32,000 nucleotides of DNA from Methylorubrum extorquens (GTDB lineage Bacteria; Pseudomonadota; Alphaproteobacteria; Rhizobiales; Beijerinckiaceae). A program made the position numbers and the translations under genes. Every line of letters begins with the position of its first letter. Positions within the stretch are counted from its first letter, which is position 1. Of the stretch, positions 7,809 to 17,098 are shown one piece after another. The notes beneath the pieces were generated by a model. That model saw nothing but the letters and a program-made list of their open reading frames with translations, did not search any database and was not told where the DNA came from. The stretch spans positions 4,710,001 to 4,742,000 of the forward strand of contig LT962688.1 of the NCBI GenBank assembly GCA_900234795.1. Reading direction: 5' to 3'.

Positions 7809-8252
7809 ATGGCCAGAGCCGTTTCCGCATTTGCCGTCGGCCTGCTGTTCGGGCTCGGCCTGCTCGTCTCCGGCATGGCCAATCCGGCCAAGATCCTCGC
7901 CTTCCTCGACGTGACGGGCCGCTGGGACCCGAGCCTCGCCTTCGTCATGGCGGGCGCCGTCGCGGTCTCGGCCGCCGGCACCCTCGTCGCGCGGCGGCGC
8001 GGCCGGCCGCTGCTCGCGCCCCGGCTCGAGATCCCGACCCGGCGCGACCTCGACCCGCGCCTGCTCGCCGGTGCCGCGGTCTTCGGCATCGGCTGGGGCC
8101 TGATCGGCCTGTGCCCCGGACCGGCGCTGACCCTCCTGACGGTCGCGCCCGCGCAAGCCGCGACCTTCGTGGCCGCCATTGTCGTTGGGATGCTGCTGTT
8201 TCGCCTCGTGCCCTCGGCGGCCTCGAAGCCGACGGCCATTCAAGGGGGCTGA
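7809..8252 (+). CDS. YeeE/YedE family transporter half-protein (PmpB-like)
   Basis: 147 aa hydrophobic protein with GLLVSGMANP and GLIGLCPGPA motifs. Starts 3 nt after the preceding stop. Confidence 0.85.
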   Translation: MARAVSAFAVGLLFGLGLLVSGMANPAKILAFLDVTGRWDPSLAFVMAGAVAVSAAGTLVARRRGRPLLAPRLEIPTRRDLDPRLLAGAAVFGIGWGLIGLCPGPALTLLTVAPAQAATFVAAIVVGMLLFRLVPSAASKPTAIQGG

Positions 8253-8255
8253 CGC

Positions 8256-8462
8256 GTGATGTCCGGCTTGCTCACATCCGGTCTCGCCACCGGCCCGGGC
8301 GGGGTCGTTGGGGCGATCCTCGGCCTCGTTGGCGGGGGGCAGCTCGATCCTCGCGATCCTCGCCTGATCTACGTGGTCGGGGTGAACTCGCCGCACGTCG
8401 CCATCGGCACCAGCGACCTAGCGGCCTCGGTCAGCGCGGCGGGCAATCTCGTTTCGCAATAG
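8256..8462 (+). pseudogene. N-terminal remnant of a TauE/SafE (DUF81) sulfite-exporter-family gene
   Basis: GVVGAILGLVGGG ... LIYVVGVNSPHVAIGTS ... AAGNLVS matches the first repeat of TauE/SafE proteins. It stops after 68 codons, whereas the family is about 250 aa. The GGG-following segment reads better in another frame (SSILAILA). Contains a 9-bp tandem duplication at 8346-8363. Confidence 0.6.
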
Positions 8463-8712
8463 CGGGCCGGGAACGTGAAGTGGCGATGCGCGGCCGCGTT
8501 CTTGCTTGCAAGTGTCCGCTACGGAGGATGGAGCGGACTGATACCTCAGGCGGAAAAGGTGTGCTTCTATTCATCCGGGCCCCATCCTCTCAAAAGTTGG
8601 AGCCGCCAGGGAATCCGGAGCGGTTCAGTCCCGTTTGATCAAGCCGGAGTGCTCGTACTCTGCGAGAAGAGGCTGAAGCTGCCCTGATCGGGTGACGGTG
8701 GCGACGAGAGGG

Positions 8713-9843
8713 ATGACCATGTTCCGCCTTCTCCCTCGGTTGTGTGCCCTGCTCCTCGTCGCTGGGCTCGGCTTGCAGGCGCAGGCGCAGGCGCAGCCGG
8801 CCGCGCCCGCTGCAGTCCCGGTCGGGACGGCTTTCGCCCAACGCAAGGCGATCGATCAGGCGCTCGACTTCGTTGGGCGCGTCGAGGCGGTTGGTCGTGT
8901 CGAGGTGCGCGCGCGCGTTGTCGGCTTTCTGGATGCCGTCCAATTCAAGGAGGGAGAGCCGATCAAGGAGGGGGCGCCGCTCTACCGGATTGAGCCGGAC
9001 CTGTTCGAGGCCGCGGTCAAGCAGGCCGAGGGCGCGCTCGAGCGCACCAGGGCCGCCGAACTCCTGGCAGCCATCCAGTTGCAGCGGGCGCAAGACCTAC
9101 TCGATAAAAGCTCCGGCACCGTCGTAGCCCGCGATCAGGCCCGCGCCGCGCGGGATCAGGCGAAGGGCGCCGTCATGGGTGACGAGGCGAGCCTCCAGAC
9201 GGCGCGGATCAATCTCGGCTACACGCAGATCTTCGCGCCTATTTCCGGCCAGATCGGCCGCACCAGCGTCACCAAGGGCAACGTGGTTGGGCCCGACAGC
9301 GGCGCCCTGACCACGATCGTCAGCCAAGACCCGATCTACGTCACCTTCCCGGTGAGCCAGCGCGAGTTCCTGCGCTACCAGCAGGGCGGGGCGCGCCCAG
9401 ACCGGAGCAAGATCGGAGTCCGGATCCGTTTTCAGGACGGCTCGGAATACGGTCAGATCGGACGGGTCGACTTCGTCAATATCAGCGTCGACCGTGCGAC
9501 CGACACGGTCGTCGTGCGCGCCACGATGCCGAACCCGGCCGGTGCGCTTCGCGACGGGCAACTCGTGCGCGTCAACCTTCAGGCCGGGCAGCCGGAGCAG
9601 AAGGTCGTCGTGCCGCAATCCGCCCTCATCGCCGACCAGGGCGGCGTCTACGTGTTCGTCGTCGAGGATAGCCGGGCCAAGATACGGCGCGTCAAACCGG
9701 AGCCTGGCGGCAGCGGATCGGACGCGGTCATCGCGGAGGGTCTCTCGGGCGGCGAGGTCGTCATCGTCGACGGGCTGCAGCGGGTGCGGCCCGGGATCCT
9801 CGTTCAGGCGACCCCGGCCAGCGAGACGGCCAGCAGGATCTGA
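8713..9843 (+). CDS. Efflux RND transporter periplasmic adaptor subunit (MFP, AcrA/MexA family)
   Basis: Signal peptide [23 protein letters not shown]. Coiled-coil region. [18 protein letters not shown] hallmark. GAGAGGGA precedes ATG 8713 (the ORF opens at GTG 8692). Confidence 0.9.
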   Translation: MTMFRLLPRLCALLLVAGLGLQAQAQAQPAAPAAVPVGTAFAQRKAIDQALDFVGRVEAVGRVEVRARVVGFLDAVQFKEGEPIKEGAPLYRIEPDLFEAAVKQAEGALERTRAAELLAAIQLQRAQDLLDKSSGTVVARDQARAARDQAKGAVMGDEASLQTARINLGYTQIFAPISGQIGRTSVTKGNVVGPDSGALTTIVSQDPIYVTFPVSQREFLRYQQGGARPDRSKIGVRIRFQDGSEYGQIGRVDFVNISVDRATDTVVVRATMPNPAGALRDGQLVRVNLQAGQPEQKVVVPQSALIADQGGVYVFVVEDSRAKIRRVKPEPGGSGSDAVIAEGLSGGEVVIVDGLQRVRPGILVQATPASETASRI

Positions 9844-9848
9844 CGTCC

Positions 9849-12800
9849 ATGTTCTCCGCCATCTTCGTCGACCGGCCGCGCCTTGCGGTGGTGATCGCCA
9901 TCGTCATCTCGATCGCGGGCGCGCTGGCGCTCCTGACGATCCCGGTCGCGCAGTACCCCGATATCGTGCCGCCGCAGGTCTCGGTGACCACGACTTATCC
10001 GGGTGCATCCGCAGACGTGGTGGAATCGACGGTCGCGCAGCCGATCGAGTCCCAGGTCGTCGGCGTCGACAAGATGATCTACATGAAGAGCGTCAGCGGC
10101 AACGACGGCAGCTACACGCTCACCGGCTCGTTCGAGCTCGGCACTGATCCCGACATTAATGCGGTCAACGTCAACAACCGCGTCCAGATCGCCCTCGCCA
10201 AGCTGCCCGAGGACGTTCGCAAGCAGGGCGTCACCGTCAAGAAAAAATCCTCGGCCCTTCTCGGCGTCCTGGCGGTCTACTCGCCAAAATCGACCCAAGA
10301 CCCGCTTTTCATCTCCAACTACGTCACGATCAACCTGCTCGACCGCATCAAGAGCACGCCTGGCGTGGGCGATGCGACGCTGTGGGGCCCGCAGGATTAC
10401 GCGATGCGAGCCTGGGTGCGCACCGACCAGCTCACCGGGCTCAGCCTAACCACGGGCGATGTCATCGGGGCGATCCAGGCCCAGAACGTGCAAGCGCCGG
10501 TCGGGCGGATCGGTGCCCGGCCGATCTCGGACGAGCAGCAGCTTCAGCTCAGCATCCAGACGCAAGGGCGCCTGACTTCCGCGGAGCAGTTCCGCAACAT
10601 CGTATTGCGCACCAACCCGGATGGGTCGGTGCTGCGCCTCGGCGACGTGGCGAGAGTCGATCTCGGCGCGGCCAATCTCGACCGTGAGACGCGGCTCAAC
10701 GGCAGCCCGGCGACGGTGATCGCGATCTACCAGTCACCTGGCGCCAACGCCCTCTCGACCTTGAAAGAGGTCGAGAGGCGGGTCGGAGAACTGGCGAAGA
10801 CCTTCCCCGAGGGGTTGGCCTGGAAGGTCACCTACGATCCGACCGCCTTCATCACCGAAACGGTGCACGAGGTGCAGAAGACCCTGGTCGAGGCCTTCGT
10901 GCTCGTTGTGATCGTGGTGTTCCTGTTCCTCGGCAGCCTGCGCGCCACGCTGATCCCGACGCTGGCCGTGCCTGTCAGCTTGATCGGCACATTCATCGTG
11001 CTCAAGGCGGTCGGCTACTCGGCGAACTCGGTCTCGCTTCTCGCCCTGGTGCTCGCCATCGGGATCGTCGTCGATGACGCCATCGTCGTGGTCGAGAACG
11101 TCGAGCGCGTGATGGAGGAGCACCCGGAGCTGTCACCCCGGGATGCGACGAAGCGGGCCATGGCCGAGATCACGGCCCCGATCATCGCCATTACGCTAGT
11201 CTTGCTCTCGGTCTTCGTGCCGGTCGCCTTCGTGCCCGGCATCTCGGGCGAGCTCTTCCGCCAGTTCGCGGTCGCGGTCGCGGTCTCGATGTTCATCTCG
11301 GCGGTCAACGCACTGACCCTGTCGCCGGCTCTCTGTGGCGTGCTGCTGCGCCCGCACCACGGCCCTCGCCGGGGTATCATGGGCATGGTGATGCGCTCCA
11401 TCGACCGGGTCAGCAACGGCTACGGTGCCGCCGTGGCGCGCATCGTGCGCTTCTCGATCCTCGGCCTCGTGCTCGCTGGCGCCGCGGCCTACGGCGCGAC
11501 CGAACTCGCGAAGCGAACCCCCACCGGCTTCCTACCCGAAGACGACCAAGGCGCCTTCTTCGTCGTGGTGCAGTTGCCGGAAGGCGCATCGGTCGGGAGG
11601 ACCTCCGAGGTCGTGGCCCGGGCCGAGCAGATCCTGCGGCAGGAGCATGCGGTTGCTGACACCACCTCGGTGATCGGCCTTAACTTCATCGACAACTACT
11701 CCCAGGGCAACGCGGCCTTCCTGGTCGTGACCCTCAAGCCGTTCGAGGAGCGCAAGGCTGCCGCGGACGGGGCGGCGGCCATGATTGCACGCCTCGGCAA
11801 GCAATTCCGGGAGATTGCCGGAGGCACCGTCGTACCGCTCGCCCCTCCACCCATCATCGGCCTCGGCACCGGCGGTGGCTTCAGCTACGTGCTGCAGGAT
11901 CTGCGCGGTGGCGATCCGAAGGAACTCGCCCAAGTCCTTCGCGGCTTGGTCGTGGCAGCGAACCAGGATCCGCAGCTCAACCGCGTGTTCAGCACCTTCT
12001 CGGCGACGAACCCATCGGTCTATCTCGATATCGATCGCGACAAGGCGCAGGTTCTCGGAGTGCCCCTGAGCGCCGTGTTTCAAGCGCTACAGGCTTCGCT
12101 CGGCGGCTACTACGTCAACGACATCAACCTTTTCGGCCGTACCTGGCAGGTGCAGGTTCAGGCGGAGGCCGCCGACCGGACCAAGATCGACGACATCTAT
12201 CGGATCAATGTGCGGAACAAGGACGGCGAGATGGTGCCGCTGCGCTCGCTCGCGGAGGTCCGGATCGTGGTGGGGCCGCCGGCGCTGATCCGCTACAACA
12301 ACCTTCGCGCCGTCACGATCCAGGGCTCGCCCGCGCCGGGCGTCTCGTCCGGTCAGGCGCTCGCCGCCATGGACGGCGTCGCGGCCCGGACCCTGCCTGC
12401 GGGCTTCGGCGGCGAGTGGACGGACACGGCGTTCCAAGAGAAGCGGGCCGAGGGCAAGACCGCCATCATCCTGGGCTTCGCAGTTCTGTTCGCGTTCCTG
12501 TTTCTGGTCGCGCTCTACGAGAGCTGGACCATCCCCGTCCCGGTGCTGCTGTCGGTCACGGTGGGGATCGCCGGGGCCTACGCGTCCATGGTGTGGGGCA
12601 AGCTCACCCTCGATCTCTATGCGCAGATCGGCATGATCGTGCTCATTGGGCTGGCTGCCAAGAACGGCATTCTGATCGTCGAGTTCGCCAAGGAGCAGCG
12701 GGAGAAGGGCGTTCCGCTTCAGAAGGCTGCCACCGAAGGCGCGCGCCTGCGCTTCCGCCCGGTGATGATGACCTCCTTCGCCTTCATCCTGGGCCTGCTC

Positions 12801-13040
12801 CCCCTGGTCATCGCTGTTGGAGCCTCGCAGCTCGCCCGACGTAATGTCGGAACGCCGGTCTTCGGCGGCATGATCGCCGCGTCATTCCTCGGCATCTTCG
12901 TGATTCCGCCCCTCTACGTCCTGTTTCAGGGCCTCCGCGAGCGGGCCTGGAGCCTCATGAGGCGCAAGGGAGCGAAACAGCGGGCGGAACCGCCGGCTGA
13001 AGGCGCAAGCGGCACCCCGAAGCACTTGCCGGCCGAGTAA
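9849..13040 (+). CDS. Efflux RND transporter permease (AcrB/MexB, HAE1-type)
   Basis: 1063 aa. N-terminus [24 protein letters not shown]. Two large periplasmic loops and 12 TM segments. Starts 5 nt after the adaptor stop. Confidence 0.95.
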   Translation: MFSAIFVDRPRLAVVIAIVISIAGALALLTIPVAQYPDIVPPQVSVTTTYPGASADVVESTVAQPIESQVVGVDKMIYMKSVSGNDGSYTLTGSFELGTDPDINAVNVNNRVQIALAKLPEDVRKQGVTVKKKSSALLGVLAVYSPKSTQDPLFISNYVTINLLDRIKSTPGVGDATLWGPQDYAMRAWVRTDQLTGLSLTTGDVIGAIQAQNVQAPVGRIGARPISDEQQLQLSIQTQGRLTSAEQFRNIVLRTNPDGSVLRLGDVARVDLGAANLDRETRLNGSPATVIAIYQSPGANALSTLKEVERRVGELAKTFPEGLAWKVTYDPTAFITETVHEVQKTLVEAFVLVVIVVFLFLGSLRATLIPTLAVPVSLIGTFIVLKAVGYSANSVSLLALVLAIGIVVDDAIVVVENVERVMEEHPELSPRDATKRAMAEITAPIIAITLVLLSVFVPVAFVPGISGELFRQFAVAVAVSMFISAVNALTLSPALCGVLLRPHHGPRRGIMGMVMRSIDRVSNGYGAAVARIVRFSILGLVLAGAAAYGATELAKRTPTGFLPEDDQGAFFVVVQLPEGASVGRTSEVVARAEQILRQEHAVADTTSVIGLNFIDNYSQGNAAFLVVTLKPFEERKAAADGAAAMIARLGKQFREIAGGTVVPLAPPPIIGLGTGGGFSYVLQDLRGGDPKELAQVLRGLVVAANQDPQLNRVFSTFSATNPSVYLDIDRDKAQVLGVPLSAVFQALQASLGGYYVNDINLFGRTWQVQVQAEAADRTKIDDIYRINVRNKDGEMVPLRSLAEVRIVVGPPALIRYNNLRAVTIQGSPAPGVSSGQALAAMDGVAARTLPAGFGGEWTDTAFQEKRAEGKTAIILGFAVLFAFLFLVALYESWTIPVPVLLSVTVGIAGAYASMVWGKLTLDLYAQIGMIVLIGLAAKNGILIVEFAKEQREKGVPLQKAATEGARLRFRPVMMTSFAFILGLLPLVIAVGASQLARRNVGTPVFGGMIAASFLGIFVIPPLYVLFQGLRERAWSLMRRKGAKQRAEPPAEGASGTPKHLPAE

Positions 13041-13075
13041 CTCGATCGACCCCTTCGATGCGGGCAGGTGGGAGC

Positions 13076-13351
13076 ATGACGATGCACGATATCGAGCAGG
13101 TTATACCGGCCACGAAGCCCGATGCGGGGCGGCCCCAGGTCGGGACCGCCAAGAAGCTCAAGAAAAAGGACTACGAGAGGGAATTGCACACCCTACAGGT
13201 CAAGCTGTGCCATCTGCAGGACTGGGTCAAGCGAACCGGCGCCCGCATCATCATCGTGTTCGAGGGCCGCGATGCGGCAGGCAAAGGCGGTACGATCAAG
13301 GCCATCACTGAGCGGGTCAGCCCGCGCGTGTTCCGCGTCGTCGCGCTGCCG
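13076..13351 (+). pseudogene. Polyphosphate kinase 2 (PPK2) gene, N-terminal about 92 codons only, cut at the IS left end
   Basis: KKDYERELHTLQVKLCHLQDWVKRTGARIIIVFEGRDAAGKGGTIKAITERVSPRVFRVVALP is the PPK2 N-terminal region with the P-loop. Similarity ends at 13351, where the IS inverted repeat begins. No PPK2 continuation on the other side of the IS. Confidence 0.75.
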
Positions 13352-13377
13352 GTGATCCGCCCCCAGCGGAGTGGTCC
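13352..13377 (+). repeat. IS left terminal inverted repeat
   Basis: 23 of 26 positions match the reverse complement of 14610-14634. Confidence 0.8.
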
Positions 13378-13415
13378 GCCCTTTAGTATGGCTTTCGAGC
13401 CAGGAGGACGGATCG

Positions 13416-13694
13416 ATGTCGAGGAAGCGACCCAAGCCTGAGGAGATTGTCGCGAAGCTGCGCCAAGCCGACGTGCTGATCGGTCAAGGTACGAGCGTGG
13501 CGGAGGCAATCCGGGCGATCGGCGTGAGCGAGGTTACCTACTACCGCTGGCGTCGTGAGTTCGGCGGGCTGAAGACCGATCAGGTCCGGCGCATGAAGGA
13601 CCTGGAGACGGAGAACCAGCGGCTCAGGAAGGCGATTGCAGACCTGACGCTCGACAAGCTCATCCTGCAGGAGGCGGCACGGGGAAACTTCTGA
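13416..13694 (+). CDS. IS3-family transposase OrfA (HTH / leucine-zipper part)
   Basis: MSRKRPKPEEIVAKLRQADVLIGQG...VTYYRWRREFGGLKTDQVRRMKDLETENQRLRKAIADLTLDKLILQEAARGNF. AGGAGGA lies 8 nt upstream of ATG 13416. Confidence 0.9.
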   Translation: MSRKRPKPEEIVAKLRQADVLIGQGTSVAEAIRAIGVSEVTYYRWRREFGGLKTDQVRRMKDLETENQRLRKAIADLTLDKLILQEAARGNF

Positions 13695-14599
13695 GCCCCG
13701 CGCGCCGACGCGCCTGTGTCGAGCACATCATGCTGACGATGAACGTCTCCGAGCGGCGCACCTGCCGGGCGCTCGGTCAGCATCGCTCGACGCAGCGCAA
13801 GGTGCCGCGGGGCCGGGAGGATGAGGCCGCGCTCACCGCCGACCTCGTCGCGTTGGCCGAGCGGTATGGCCGCTACGGTTACCGCAAGATCTGCGCGCTG
13901 CTGAAGGCCGCCGGCTGGTTCGTCAACGACAAGCGCGTCGAGCGGATTTGGCGGCGTGAAGGGCTGAAGGTGCCGACCCGCCAACCCAAGCGCGGGCGCC
14001 TCTGGGACAACGACGGCTCCTGCTTGCGGCTGCGGCCTGAGCGGCGCGACCACGTCTGGTCCTACGACTTCGTCGAAGCGCGCACCCACGATGGCCGGAA
14101 GGTGCGCATGCTCAACGTGATTGACGAGTTCACCCGCGAGTGCTTGGCGATCCGGGTCGCACGCAAGCTCAAGGCAGTCGACGTGATCGACGTCTTGTCC
14201 GACCTGTTCATACTGCGCGGCGTGCCCGAGCATGTTCGCTCGGACAATGGCCCTGAGTTCGTGGCCAAGAGCGTGCAGGCTTGGATCATGGGGGTGGGCG
14301 CGAAGACGGCCTACATCGCGCCAGGATCGCCCTGGGAAAATGGCTTCGTCGAAAGCTTCAACGCACGGCTACGCGACGAACTGCTGGACGGAGAGATCTT
14401 CTATAGCTTGCGGGAGGCGCAGATCCTGATCGAGAGCTGGCGGCGGCACTACAACACCGTCCGCCCGCATGGCGCACTCGGCTATCGGCCGCCCGCGCCA
14501 GAGGTCTTCTTACCCGCGTTCACCGCTTGGCCGGCTGCGCTCACCCCACCGGCTCCGCCGGCCAAGCGACCCGTGGAGCAAAGGCCAACCGTGCACTAA
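13682..14599 (+). CDS. IS3-family transposase OrfB (DDE integrase core), expressed as an OrfAB fusion by -1 frameshift at GGGAAAC (13682-13688)
   Basis: The -1 frame is open from 13682 (GKLLSPARRRACVEHI...). rve motifs WSYDFVE, HVRSDNGPEFVA, ESFNARLRDE. C-terminus YNTVRPHGALGYRPP. Stop at 14597-14599. Confidence 0.9.
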   Translation, partial: GKLLSPARRRACVEHIMLTMNVSERRTCRALGQHRSTQRKVPRGREDEAALTADLVALAERYGRYGYRKICALLKAAGWFVNDKRVERIWRREGLKVPTRQPKRGRLWDNDGSCLRLRPERRDHVWSYDFVEARTHDGRKVRMLNVIDEFTRECLAIRVARKLKAVDVIDVLSDLFILRGVPEHVRSDNGPEFVAKSVQAWIMGVGAKTAYIAPGSPWENGFVESFNARLRDELLDGEIFYSLREAQILIESWRRHYNTVRPHGALGYRPPAPEVFLPAFTAWPAALTPPAPPAKRPVEQRPTVH

Positions 14600-14609
14600 C
14601 TCTATGCCT

Positions 14610-14634
14610 GGACCACCCGGTGGGGGCAGATCAC
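14610..14634 (-). repeat. IS right terminal inverted repeat
   Basis: Reverse complement aligns with 13352-13377. Confidence 0.8.
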
Positions 14635-14664
14635 TCTGCCGTTCGTCAACTGGGTGAAGAGCCT

Positions 14665-16683
14665 GTGGTTCAGCATCTCCTAGAGCTCAACCTCGCTCCT
14701 CTCGCGCCGACCTGCCTCGTCGGGGCTTTCTTTTATCTTCTCGTGACGAACTGGCCGCGGCAGAAGACCTGGGCGCGGAGCATCGCCTGCGCCTTCGTTC
14801 TCGCGGTGGCCGTGCGCTACCTCCTCTGGCGCTTCTTTCACACGGTGCTGCCGCATCCTGTGGACGGCAGCTTCGCCCTCATCTGGACCTGGGCCGTCTT
14901 CTTCGTGGAACTCGGCGCCTTCGCCGACATCCTGCTCTTCCTTGTGGTGATGAGCCGCTCGGTCGACCGAAGCGCCGAGGCCAGCCGGTTGGAGCGAGCC
15001 TTCTTCGCACGCCCGGAGGCGGAGTTGCCGACCGTCGATGTCTTCATCCCAACCTACAACGAGCCGCTCGACGTGCTGGAGCGGACCATCGTCGGGGCTC
15101 TCGCGCTCGATTACCCGCGGGACAAGTTCAAGGTCTATGTCCTCGACGACAAGAAGCGCGACTGGTTGAAGGCGTATTGTGAGGAGAAGGGCGCGATCCA
15201 CGTCACCCGGACGGACAATTCTCACGCCAAGGCCGGCAACATGAACAACGGCCTCAAGGTCTCCTCAGGCGACTTCATCGCGATCTTCGACGCCGATTTC
15301 GTGCCCTACCGCAGTTTTCTGCGCCGCACGCTGCCCTTCTTCACGGACCCGACGATTGGCATTGTTCAGACCCCGCAACATTTCTTCAACAAGGATCCGG
15401 TCCAGTCGAACCTCTCGCTCGAAAAGGTCTGGCCCGACGAGCAGAGATTGTTCTTCGATGAGATGGCCGCGAGCCGCGATGCCTGGGACGTGAGCTTCTG
15501 CTGCGGTTCCTGCTCGATCGCCCGCCGCGCGGCCCTCGATTTAATCGGCGGCTTCCCGCACGACTCGATCACCGAGGATCTCCTCACGACCCTCGCGATG
15601 CTCAACAAGGGATACAAGACCCGCTACCTGAACGAGCGCCTGTCGATGGGTCTCGCGGCGGAGAACCTGAAGGGATACTTCGTCCAGCGGGGCCGCTGGT
15701 GCCGCGGCGGCATCCAGACGATCTACCTGCATAACGGTCCGCTGCGGGGGCCGGGCTTGAACCTGTTCCAGCGGGTGATGTTCCTGCCCCTGTCGTGGCT
15801 GATGCAGTACACGACGCGGTTCGTGATCCTCGTGGTACCGGCCGTCTACCTCTGGACCGGCGCGGCACCACTGTACTTCACCGGCTCGCAGGACATCGTC
15901 TATTACCAGTTGCCCGTGCTCACGGCCTACTTCCTGCTGATGGGCTGGTTGACGCCGACGCGCTACTTGCCACTAGTGTCGAGCGCGGTGGGCACCTTCG
16001 CGACGTTCCGCATGCTGCCCGTAGTGGTTTCCAGCGTGATCAAGCCGTTCGGCGTGCCGTTTCGCGTGACGCCGAAGGGCAGCGGCAACGAGGAGAACGC
16101 CTTCGATGCCTATACCTTCTTCTCGATCGCCTTCTGGATCGCCGTCACCGCGCTCGGCCTCGTCATCAACATCGTGCCGGAATGGTCACGCATCGGCGAG
16201 GGTGAGTTCTCGCTCGTCTCGGCCTACTGGGCCGCCCTCAACATCCTCGTCCTCTTGGTCGCGGCCCTGATCTGCTTCGAGAAATCGCGTCCGCTCCTTG
16301 ACAGTTTCGCAACAGACGAGCCGGCCCGCATCGTCGCAGCGGACGGCACATTGGACGCGCGGATCGTCAATCTGTCGCTCGATCGAGGCATCGCATCCTT
16401 CCCGGCCGATCCCGAGCTACGCCCCGGCGACCAGGTCTGGATCGAGATGGAGCGCTTCCCGCACCTTGAAGCCACGGTTGAAGGCGTGACGCTGGGCAGG
16501 CGTCGGAGCCCCGCATGCGTCCGATTTTCCTACAATCTCGAGGGCGCCTGCCGCGACGTGATGATTGTCCGACTCTACACCGGCCAGTACTCGCAGGACA
16601 TCCGTGACATCGACAAGTCGGCCGTCGTCGGGGGCCTCTGGAGCCGCCTGTTCGGACGAGGTGGCACCTATGGCCCGGCTTGA
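14665..16683 (+). CDS. BcsA-like family-2 glycosyltransferase (cellulose/beta-glucan synthase catalytic subunit) with C-terminal PilZ-like domain; 5' end uncertain, abuts the IS
   Basis: PTYNEP, DDKKRD, HAKAGNMN, FDADF, QTPQHF, CCGSC, ITEDL, QRGRWCRG (QxxRW) and gating-loop FRVTPKG motifs. The frame is open back into the IS. The first in-frame start after the IS end is GTG 14665, and there is no ATG until well inside the membrane domain. Confidence 0.8.
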   Translation: MVQHLLELNLAPLAPTCLVGAFFYLLVTNWPRQKTWARSIACAFVLAVAVRYLLWRFFHTVLPHPVDGSFALIWTWAVFFVELGAFADILLFLVVMSRSVDRSAEASRLERAFFARPEAELPTVDVFIPTYNEPLDVLERTIVGALALDYPRDKFKVYVLDDKKRDWLKAYCEEKGAIHVTRTDNSHAKAGNMNNGLKVSSGDFIAIFDADFVPYRSFLRRTLPFFTDPTIGIVQTPQHFFNKDPVQSNLSLEKVWPDEQRLFFDEMAASRDAWDVSFCCGSCSIARRAALDLIGGFPHDSITEDLLTTLAMLNKGYKTRYLNERLSMGLAAENLKGYFVQRGRWCRGGIQTIYLHNGPLRGPGLNLFQRVMFLPLSWLMQYTTRFVILVVPAVYLWTGAAPLYFTGSQDIVYYQLPVLTAYFLLMGWLTPTRYLPLVSSAVGTFATFRMLPVVVSSVIKPFGVPFRVTPKGSGNEENAFDAYTFFSIAFWIAVTALGLVINIVPEWSRIGEGEFSLVSAYWAALNILVLLVAALICFEKSRPLLDSFATDEPARIVAADGTLDARIVNLSLDRGIASFPADPELRPGDQVWIEMERFPHLEATVEGVTLGRRRSPACVRFSYNLEGACRDVMIVRLYTGQYSQDIRDIDKSAVVGGLWSRLFGRGGTYGPA

Positions 16684-16924
16684 GCCGATCTCCGAGGCTA
16701 CTATCGCGCACAGGAAGACATCGCTCGCTGAGCTTGAGAAGGTGCTCCAGATGATCCGTGACGATGCGGCGAGCGAGCATCGGACGAGCCAAGCCAGTAG
16801 CCCCACAAACGAAAAGCCCCGCGCGACGGGTGCCAGGGGCCTTGGTCGGGCAATCTGCGATTGGGCAAGGTATCGGCTCTACGATTTAATCCACGCGGGG
16901 CCATGTGCTCTCGGCAGAGCGTGA
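16670..16924 (+). CDS. Hypothetical 84-aa protein, start overlaps the synthase stop
   Basis: ATG 16670 lies 14 nt inside the end of the synthase gene, which suggests translational coupling. Moderate third-position GC. I recognise no family. Confidence 0.3.
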   Translation: MARLEPISEATIAHRKTSLAELEKVLQMIRDDAASEHRTSQASSPTNEKPRATGARGLGRAICDWARYRLYDLIHAGPCALGRA

Positions 16925-16984
16925 GAGTGCCCCGTGCGGCTGCCTGTATAGATCCATAGGTGCATTTGGCTGCAAACAGCAGCC

Positions 16985-17098
16985 ATGAAACAACCTATGA
17001 CACTCGGCGATACCCTCGTGCTGATCGGTGCCGGCGTCGTTCTAGGAGGCTTGGCCCTTCATGTGCTGCGTAGCGCCCCTGCATGGGTAGGCACGTAA
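16985..17098 (+). CDS. Candidate 37-aa hydrophobic peptide (MKQPMTLGDTLVLIGAGVVLGGLALHVLRSAPAWVGT)
   Basis: Hand-translated; it is below the ORF-track cutoff. One predicted TM helix. No clear Shine-Dalgarno sequence. The ATG directly follows hairpin GGCTGC-aaaca-GCAGCC (16968-16984). Confidence 0.2.
   Translation: MKQPMTLGDTLVLIGAGVVLGGLALHVLRSAPAWVGT

Larger units (their letters stand above)
13352..14634 (+). mobile_element. IS3-family insertion sequence (about 1.28 kb) with orfA/orfB and programmed -1 frameshift
   Basis: Imperfect terminal inverted repeats GTGATCCGCCCCCAGCGGAGTGGTCC (13352-13377) and reverse complement GTGATCTGCCCCCACCGG-GTGGTCC (14610-14634). HTH orfA and DDE (rve) orfB in the -1 frame. 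Confidence 0.9.

Noticed and set aside
8622-8631. T-psi-C-arm-like sequence GGTTCAGTCC, which would suggest a tRNA or tRNA-fragment att site.
   Set aside because: I could not build a complementary acceptor stem, an anticodon arm or a CCA end in the surrounding 90 nt. The loop also deviates from TTCRANY at the conserved A.
8475-8687. 70-aa plus-strand ORF (and the minus-strand ORF 8625-8846) in the gap between the TauE remnant and the RND operon.
   Set aside because: No motifs, poor codon bias and no RBS. The region looks like non-coding or decayed DNA with a small hairpin (8514-8538) and an 8-bp palindrome (8505-8512).
13346-14641. CTGCCG hexamers on both sides of the IS as a clean target-site duplication.
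   Set aside because: I did not accept this as proven. IS3-family duplications are normally 3-5 bp, the right copy is offset by 1 nt from the IR-defined end, and a GC-rich 6-mer can recur by chance. It is kept as an alternative in the finding.
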